A DNA stretch of 64,000 nucleotides. It comes from Camelus ferus. Lineage: Eukaryota. Positions 53,025 to 64,000 of this stretch are shown here, piece by piece. Location: contig NC_045697.1 in NCBI RefSeq assembly GCF_009834535.1, positions 91,204,001-91,268,000 on the forward strand. The letters are read 5' to 3'. Both the position numbers and the translations under genes were made by a program. Within the stretch, counting starts at the first letter, position 1. Each line of letters starts with the position of its first letter. A model generated the notes under the pieces. The model was given only the letters and a program-made list of their open reading frames with translations. It had not been told where the DNA came from and did not search any database.

Positions 53025-54107
53025 CTCAGTCAGGGTCCATTCAAGAGACAGAAACCACATCTATTATTTGAAGAGAGAAGATTTAACACAAAGGACTGTT
53101 GGCAAGGTAGTAAGTTGTTTACCAGGTAACTGAAAGGTAACGAAGAATTGTAAAGCATTACAAAGCAGTAACTACGAAGCTGCTACTACCCTGTGTTAGC
53201 CTACCGCGTGGTAGATACTGAGACAGGAATGAACCTGCAAGGATTTTATTAGAGGAGATGCCTGTGTAAAGGAAACCCAGAGGGAGCAGGGAAGGCTAAG
53301 ATGCAAATGTAACTAGGGTGAAGGAGAAAGGGTCATAAAATCTGAGGAAGTTTCTGCAAAGCCATAGGAAAGTTATTGAGCCAAAGAGGCCAGTCAGAGG
53401 TGTCTCCCAGGAAACAGGCCCAGTTTTCTGGCGTGCTCAGTCAGTATGGTCAATTAAGTTCAGGTTTGTCAGATAAAATATAGGACATCCAATTACATTT
53501 GAATTTCAGGTAAACAATGAAAATTTTAGTATAAGTATATCCCAAATACTGTATAGGTTATACTTACATTAAAAAGTGATTTGTTGTTCAAATTTAACTG
53601 GCATCCATCCTATATTTTAATTGTGAAGTCTCTCATCCCTAATTATACTCCCTATGAGGGGCATTCTTTGGCTGCCACACATTCTTGGGGCTAGGAGAAG
53701 AAAGGCTAGAGGTTCGAATTATTAAAACTTCAAAACTTAAAAGAAGATCTTGAGAAGGTGAAACTCAGACATCTAAGAAAGGGTCCCCACCAGCTGGGTG
53801 GACATAAAACTGGTTCTACAGCTATTAGAAAACTACAAAGTGGATTCACCTGCTACTAGGGGAGGGAACTGCTGCTTTGGAAATGAAGAAGTGTTGCTGG
53901 ACAGGACCACAGGCAGACAGGAAGCCAACAGGAAGCAAAGAGCAAACAGGAAGAAGCAAGTCCCTTCTTCCTCCTCTGGCCTTTGTAGTCTCCCTCAGCA
54001 CCTGCTATTGGCAGAATCTAACGTGGAGGCACTGGCAAACCAGAAATTCAGAGCAGAATATCAAAACCTGGGTTTGGAATTTAAAGTAAAAATTTAGCAA
54101 CTGGCAC
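53025..54107 (-). mobile_element. LTR78/79-like LTR containing an LTR16-like LTR (~53193-53678)
   Basis: AGTCAGGGTCCATTCAAGAGACAGAAACCACA start and CAACTGGCACA end; inner element runs TGTGTTAG...TTTATTAGAGGAGATGCCTGTG...GGCTGCCACA. Confidence 0.55.
53461..53641. mobile_element. MER53 palindromic hAT MITE
   Basis: CAGATAAAATATAGGACATCCAATTACATTTGAATTTCAG...AGTATAAGTAT...ATACTTACATT...TTCAAATTTAACTGG; internal inverted symmetry is visible. Confidence 0.8.
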
Positions 54108-54224
54108 AAGTGCAGAAGATTACCAAAGATCACACCCAGTTAATAAAATGCTGGAAAATGATTAGCTATTGGTCCCTTGTGATTTCAACATGACTCTAGG
54201 CTTACAAATTCCATGGTTTGTTGG

Positions 54225-54725
54225 TAATGAAGTTTGGAACATGCTCCCCCAAAGTATGGCACCTGGGCATATTTAATATTTTAAGCTGAAGGAATTTGAG
54301 AAACAGCAGGTGTTTCAAAGGACTCCTTGACCTTTTCCTTGAAGCAGGACATAAGACCCTCATGTGAGGGGTGCCCTCTCCATACCCAGAGGAAAGGAGC
54401 ATCCTTATCTCCAAAGACAGGGGGACACTTGAAGGTATCTGAACAAACAGGCTTTGCTAAATGTCCCCTCATTTACCACCCATAGCTTATACCCTTTGTC
54501 CTGTCACATTTTTCCATAACTTTCTACTCTTTATCAAACCTAGTGTACAATGTTCAGGTTTAACCTATTCTTCAAGTCTTCATTTCCATATGAAGCCTCC
54601 TGTGTCATGTAAAACTTAAATAAATGTGTATGCTTTTTAAAAAAAAAAAAATCTGTCTTTTGTTACAAAGTCCCAGTCGAGAACCTAGAAGAGTAGAAAG
54701 AAAAAGACATTTTTCCTCCCCTATG
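54225..54725 (+). mobile_element. ERV1 LTR (MER34A-like)
   Basis: CCCCAAAGTATGGCACCTGGGCATATTTAATATTTTAAGCTGAAGGAATTTGAG...TTTTCCTCCCCTA. Confidence 0.75.
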
Positions 54726-55659
54726 TTCTTTTACAGAAAGATGCTGGTCATCAATTCCTATCCACCATTTCAGGTGGATTATACTAACAGCCAACATGAC
54801 TAGAGAGGGATTTGCCTTTGCTTTTGAAATTCTCTTCTTGAAAAAACAAATGAGTTAGGACCTCAAGCCCATTATGAAGATTGTCAGAGGGACAGGAGAG
54901 AATACACAGTCTTGTGTTACATAGAGAATAGCAACAAATCCAAAAGATTCCAGTAAGCCTTATCACCAAGGAAAACAGGTATTACTAACCTCAAACTGTC
55001 AGTTGACTCTCATCCCTTAGGAAATGGAAGACCTTATGGTGTAGCACAGAACATTAAGGAAGAGGATGTGTCGTACTTGTATATGCTTTACAGACCACAC
55101 GTGGGGTAGGGTTGCTGATGACTGACCTCAATCCAGAATATAATGAATAATCTTTGAAAGTTTTTCAGTGAAAAGGTGATATAGTCAGATTTGTACCTCA
55201 AAAGAGAATCTTGCCAGAAGGCAAAAGATGAAGACTTACAGACTAATTCACCCAAGAGGTAATGAGGCCCTAAACTAAGCTAGTCCCTTGGAGCTAACAC
55301 ACATCCAAAACTGAAGCAATTTCTCCAAGACAGAAAAAGAACTTTAAAGGAGATAAAAAGTGTAAAATATTTAATGAGTAATAGGGGAATTGTGTCTGGC
55401 TTTCAATTTTCTTAACTTTTTTTTGGCATTCCTGCTCTATTCACATCCATGTATTCACATGCAAATAATGCGTATCAACCTTTCAAATGTGAACAGATGG
55501 AAAGAAAAGTAGGAGCATTTTGGGTGGGATTTATGTGATCCAAATGAATGAGAATAAAATGTAAATAGCTGAATAAAATAATTCTCTGATTGTATAGTAA
55601 TTGTTATTTTCATTTCAAGAGTTTCAAAAATAGAACAGTAGCCTCTGCTAATTGCTTCC

Positions 55660-56194
55660 TATATTAGTTATCTATTATTGCATAACAAATTTACCCAAAA
55701 CTTAGTAGCTTAAAACAACAATAAACATTTATTATCTCTGGCAGTTTCTGTGGGTCGGGAATTCTGGAAGAGTTTAGCTGGGTGGGTCTGGCTTGGGGGT
55801 CTTTTAGGAGCCTGAAGTTAAGATATTAACTTCTGGCTGTGGTTGTCTGGAAGCTGGATGGGGCTGGAGGATCCCCTTTCATGATGGTTCACAAATGTGA
55901 CTTGGTTCTAGAGGGTGGTCTTCATATAAACCTCTCTCAGGGGTGCTTCAGTGTTCTCATGACATGGCAAGCTGGCTTCCCCCCAAACAAGTGATCCAAG
56001 GGAGTGAGAGTCAGGCAGAAGCAACTGTTTTTAATGACTTAGTCTTGGACGCCACAGAGCATCACTTCTACTCCACTCGAGTCCTCAGAAGCGGTTCACT
56101 GAGTCCCGCCCACATTCAAGGGGAGGCAATTAGTTTCCGCTTTTTGAAAAGAGATGTGTTGAAGATTTTGTGGACATATTTTAAAAACACCACA
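55660..56194 (-). mobile_element. MaLR LTR (MLT1F-like)
   Basis: TATTAGTTATCTATTATTGCATAACAAATTTACCCAAAACTTAGTAGCTTAAAACAAC...TTTTAAAAACACCACA. Confidence 0.8.
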
Positions 56195-56862
56195 TTTCTT
56201 AAAATGGGTCTTGGTATTTTGTGCTCTGAACAAAGTCCCGAACTCTTTGAACAGCTTCACAAAAGCAAATGACCTAGGGATTGATATCCCAGTTCTTTGC
56301 TCAACAACAGCTTGTCAGTTTGCTCTGAGATGTCTAAGAGTTGTGTAGCCATACATGAGAAAAGTGCAAATGTGTAATCCAAAGGGGGAAAAAAGTCCTA
56401 AAAGTCCAAACCACTGTCGTTTCATCATTTGAATTATTCTCCTTGAATTTCCGTTGAAAGGACAGTTTTTGAAATTGAAGCTTCAGTGTTAGAGGAATGG
56501 AAAAGCCCTAACAAGTTCCTAGGGGTATAAGCTGTAAGTGATGGAATTACAACAATTTGATACTTATTAGAAATCACAAAGAATATTCCTACCTGGAAAA
56601 CTTGAAACGTCATTACAGCTAAACAAGAAACATTTCTGCATTTATGTTGTAGTCCATTTGGGCCACTAGAACAAAATAGCACAGACTAGGTGGCTTATAA
56701 ACAATAGACCTTTATTTCTCACAGTCCTGGAGGCTGGGAAATCTAAGATCAAGTTGTTGGCAGGTTACATTTCTGGTGACAGCCTGCTTCCCAGACAGCT
56801 GTCTTTTTACTATAACCTCACAAGCTGGGAGGGGTGACGGACCTCTCTGCGGTGTCCTTTAT

Positions 56863-59772
<2,910 letters not shown>

Positions 59773-60102
59773 TGGGGCGTCTTTTATAAGTGCACTAATC
59801 TCATTCACATAGATTCTGCCCTCGTGATCTAATCACACCTCAAAGGCTCCACCTCCTAATACTATCACCTTGCAGGTTAGGATTTCAACATATGAATTTG
59901 TGGGGATATAAACACTCGGTCCACTGCAATTTAGTTAAGTGGAAAAGAAAAGAATCCTCAAGATTTTGAGAATGCTGTCAGAGAGAAGAATCAAAGGAAC
60001 AGTACCCTAATGACTTTGCTTGCTTTTCATCTTCATTCTCATCTTGGAGCCTTGACTTGCTTTGCTACTGCTACTGCTTTCACTTTTTGGAAGGTTTGCT
60101 GC

Positions 60103-60764
60103 TGTAACTATTAGTCCTCAGAGGTAGGTAACCTTGATCTTTTGCCTTGTGGTTTGATTCTTGGCTTGTCAGAATTTCTTTGTATCTGAGCTGAAATCAG
60201 GAGTTAACTTCAGAAAACAAATCCCAGGAACTAAGGCAAGTCTGGCTAAAGCAAAATAATACTTTGCCTAGAGCAGCAATATTAACATGGACCTTTTCAA
60301 ACTGATATCGCTTCCTCCCCTCAGGAGCAAGGAGAAACATCAAATCCAGTGGCTATTTCTCTCTTAAGAGAAAGAGGAGAAATTGTGCCCTGTGATTATG
60401 GTGATGGGAGAAGGGGGGGATTTGGAGTCTTTGGGACCATAAAAGGGAGAATGAAATGAATTTAGAGAGACTGAAAAGCAATCAAGATCATCCAACACTG
60501 GCAGGAAACTGAATGCCTACTTATAAATCATGGGACTTGATGGCAAAGGCACTAAGGTATTTGGTATAAAATTGTAGGAGAGAGACACGCAATGGGGAAA
60601 CTGAATACTAAGAGTTTAGGAGCTTATGAGCATTAAGGGAATCCCAGAGGCACCCTCTCCCACTTGGCCTCTATGCCTGAGTTTGTTCTAGAAGAATAAA
60701 GAGTATCGATCCAAGTCAGATTAATCTTCCACCTCCCCAGACCAGACTGATTTATAACTTTACA
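60103..60764 (+). mobile_element. Possible ancient Gypsy-type LTR (MamGypLTR/LTR85-88-like)
   Basis: TGTAAC...TTTACA ends, AATAAA ~70 nt before the end, and a terminal CAGACTGATTTATAACTTTACA resembling recalled mammalian Gypsy LTRs. Confidence 0.35.
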
Positions 60765-61631
60765 CCATCTGTTGGCGTTAGTGGTGTGATTCTCTCCTGT
60801 AGTAATTAATGGCTCATAATGGGCTCTGTATATAGCAGGCAAACAGTTACTTCAAGGACCTAGTCATGAATTTTTGCAAGGTTCCACTATGAGGAAATTA
60901 AAGTCTCATCTTGATCTAAACCAGTGTCCTTCCTCTTGTCCCCAAGCTCTCAGGGATCTGCCTTCTCACTTGTTGGAAGTTCAGTTCTCTCCCCTTTTCA
61001 TCACATCCCTGCCCTTACTACCATATTTCTATTGGATACTTCAAGAGGAAGTGTAAAGTCCAGGCCTCTAAGCACAACTTTTAGAAAAAGTCCTTTTACC
61101 TCTAACTTCAGTTAAGGAAAACCTTTCCTTTGTCAGGTCCCTTCACACTGGAAGCGAAGTTTGACAGTATTGTAAAAGAGTGAGAAATCCAGTGTGGAAA
61201 GAAGAGAAACCTTAAAAAAAGAAAAGAAAAAAGAAATGTTAGCTTTCAGAATCACTCTTTCACAGTGCCGTGCAAGAACCACAGAAGTCAGGAGTCTTGT
61301 CTTACACACCTAGATTTACTGCTGAATCATGAACCTTGCAAAAGTCACTTAATTTTCTGGGTCTTAGTTTCCTTATCTCTCAGATGGGAAACCTAGACCA
61401 ATGACTGTAAGGTATGTTATAATTCTAAAATGACCTGATTGTATATCAGCAGCCCTCAAAAATTATTGACCCATGTGATATTTGCCACTATCCTTAGGGC
61501 CAAACAAATTATGTTCTATGTCTGGATATGATCCCTTCTAAAACCAGTGAAAACTGTTTCAAAAGATACTTGAGAAGTAAGCAGGCAATTGGGGGGGCAG
61601 CTGCATAATGGTTGGTCGCCTAGCTTCGTAA

Positions 61632-61802
61632 TACAGTTGGCTGACTGTATCCATGGTTCCTCATCTGCACAAGGAGGCTTAACTGTACTGCACCATCTTG
61701 TATAAGAGACTTGAGCATCCTTGGATTTTGGTATCTATGGGGGGGTGGAGGGAACCAGTTGAGGGGGATAGTCCTGGAACCAGTCCCCTGTGGATACAAC
61801 TA
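61632..61802. mobile_element. Tigger-derived MITE (MER2-like)
   Basis: TACAGTTGG...GTATCCATGG; GACTTGAGCATCCTTGGATTTTGGTATCT; CCTGGAACCAGTCCCCTGTGGATAC. Confidence 0.75.
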
Positions 61803-62504
61803 CTCTTCCCCTCCTAGACCTGTCACTTCTTTCCCTCTCTACTTCCCTCAATGCTTCCCCACCTCAGATTCCTAAGCCCTCTCCAAGGCTTGAAGTAACA
61901 GAGAGAATCACCAGTCCCTTTACAGACATCTCAGATAGGGTCACCCATGGGCTCTGCCCATTAGATGGTGGAAGTAGCAAAATAGCTTACATTTTTAAAA
62001 GTAAGAATCATCTGTTGGGAGAGGTAGAGATTGTTTTTGGACTTATTTAGTTAGTCCCTTTTGCTTCTCAAAATAAACATCTTTGTGCTCAGTTAAAAAG
62101 CTTTCCAAGATGTTCACAAGAGAGGAGGAAATTCTTGCCAAAAACTTAAGCCCAGCCAGACAGGGATATTGAAATTTTGCTGCCTGTGGAAGCACGTGGC
62201 CAGGCAGGACTTTGGCACAAAAACAGTAATCTGTGATGGCAGTTGTAGACGTCTGGTGGCTCAGAGGCTGTGTTTGAGGGACCCAGGCAGAGTGTATCAG
62301 GTCCGACAACTCCATTGACAGTTCCCATTCAGTTACAGTTCATAGCATACTCTTGTCTATTTACAGAACTTACAACTCGGCAATCCTTGGACCTTATGGT
62401 TGGAGGAGTAGAGAGAAACACTTCTCTCACTCTTCTCACAGTTTTAGTTTTGCTTCCAATTTTGAGCAGTTGCAAAACGCTTCAGAAGATTTAGGCCCAA
62501 GAAT

Positions 62505-62705
62505 CACGTCGGCAATTTTACAGTGTCGTGACCTTGGACAAGACACTCTCACCATGTCTGAGCTGCAACTTTCTCATCCATAAAATGGTGATAATAATTC
62601 CTGCTCTACTTTCCTTATAAGAATGTTGTGAAGATCAAATAAAATAACATAAATGAAAACACTTTGTACATTAATAGGCGCTCTGTAAATACAACCTATT
62701 TTTAA
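62505..62705 (+). mobile_element. MIR SINE
   Basis: GTGACCTTGGACAAG...TTTCTCATCCATAAAATGG...GTTGTGAAGATCAAAT. Confidence 0.75.
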
Positions 62706-62823
62706 TTATCAGGTGTCTCCTCTTCCCTGCTCTTTCCTTTACCTCGTCTGTTCTGTGTCCTTTAAGCATCTTCACGGTCTTTTCTTAGTCCAAGATTCTC
62801 ACTGTGGTTAAAATTCAGGTTCT

Positions 62824-63773
62824 TTTTTTTTTTTTCTTTAGTTGAAGTATAGTCAGTTTACAATGTTGTGTCAATTTCTGGTGTACAGCATAATGTTTCA
62901 GTTGTGTATATACATATACGTATTCCTTTTCATATTCTTTTTCATTATAGGTTACTACAAGATATTGAATACAGTTCCCTGTGCTATACAGTAGAAACTT
63001 GTTGTTTATCTATTTTATATACAGTAGTTAGTATCTGTAAATCTCAAACTCCCAATTTATCCCTTCCCATCCCTTTTCCCCCTGGTAATTGTAAGTTTGT
63101 TTTCTATGTCTTAGAGTCTCTATTTTGTAAATAAGTTCATTTGTGTAATTTTTTTTTTAAGATTCCACATATAGGTAATATCATATGGCATTTTTCTTTC
63201 TCTTTCTGGCTTACTTCACTTAATATGACAATCTCTAGTTTTATCCATGTTGCTGGAAATGATATTATTTTATTCTTTTTTATGACTGAGTAGTATTCTA
63301 TATATATATATATACACACACATATATATGTATATTACTTCTTTTAAAAATTTTTTTATTTTATTGAGTTATAGTCATTTTACAATGTTGTGTCAAATTC
63401 CAGTGTAGAGCACAACTTTTGAGTTATACATGAACATACATATATTCATTGTCACATACTTTTTCACCATGAGCTACCACAAGATCTTGTGTATATGTCC
63501 CTGTGCTATACAGTATAATCTTGTTTATCTGTTCTATATATACCTGTCAGTATCTACAAATTTCGAACTCCCAGTCTGTCCCTTCCCACCCCCCTCCCCC
63601 CTGGCAACCACAAGTTTGTATTCCATGTCTATGAGTCTGTTTCTGTTTTGTATATACTACACTTCTTTTCTTTATCCAGTCATCTGTTGATGGACATTTA
63701 AGTTGTTTCCATGTCTTGGCTATTGTAACTAGTGCTGCTGTGTACATTGGGGTGCATTTATCTTTTTGAATTA
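62824..63773 (-). mobile_element. 5'-truncated L1 3' end containing a nested L1 fragment
   Basis: Poly(T) then TTGAAGTATAGTCAGTTTACAATG...; ORF2 tail (AKTWKQLKCPSTDDWIKK); degenerate 17-bp TSD at 62807-62823 and 63774-63790. Confidence 0.9.
63346..63660 (-). mobile_element. Nested L1 3' UTR fragment, same subfamily as the 56863-59772 L1
   Basis: CATTTTACAATGTTGTGTCAAATTCCAGTGTAGAGCACAA is shared with ~56920-56960; ACTTCTTTT flanks it at 63337-63345 and 63661-63669. Confidence 0.85.
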
Positions 63774-64000
63774 GTTAAAGCTCAGCTTCTTAAACATGGA
63801 TGAGCTTGTTACCAATGAAGCAAACCTGCATCTACATGTCTTTGTAGCTCCCCATTCAGAGACAAATCTACAACTTTTAGTAGAACCTCATTCATTTTAG
63901 CGGTCATACATGGAACGCTTAATGACTTGGTGTCCTGTGTTAGGGATACAAAATTAAATGGGCAGGTCCAGCCGTCAAGGAACACACTATCAGATCCAAG

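Overview
AT-rich, CpG-depleted mammalian DNA, most likely camelid: it carries a vic-1-type tRNA-derived SINE and cetartiodactyl-type L1 3' ends. It looks intergenic or deep-intronic. I cannot support any host protein-coding gene. The only ORFs with recognisable protein are broken LINE-1 ORF2 pieces (57405-59772, minus), plus a decayed hAT (Zaphod/Tip100-like) transposase C-terminus near 41 kb that the ORF track misses. Much of the window is fossil repeats (L1, L2, L3, L4, MIR, MaLR/ERV LTRs, ERV internal sequence, hAT and Tigger elements), with several nested insertions. Repeat family names come from my recall of consensus sequences, not from a search, and old-element boundaries are approximate. 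I found no clear new biological system. The best leads are: a ~360 bp mini-L1 that joins an L1 5' end directly to an L1 3' end; two diverged local duplications (1-167/1092-1258 and 10006-10125/10771-10885), the first with H/ACA-like folding hints; a CpG-retaining promoter-like motif cluster at ~13.1 kb with an adjacent enhancer-like block; and a candidate 48-nt frame-preserving microexon at 11029-11076.
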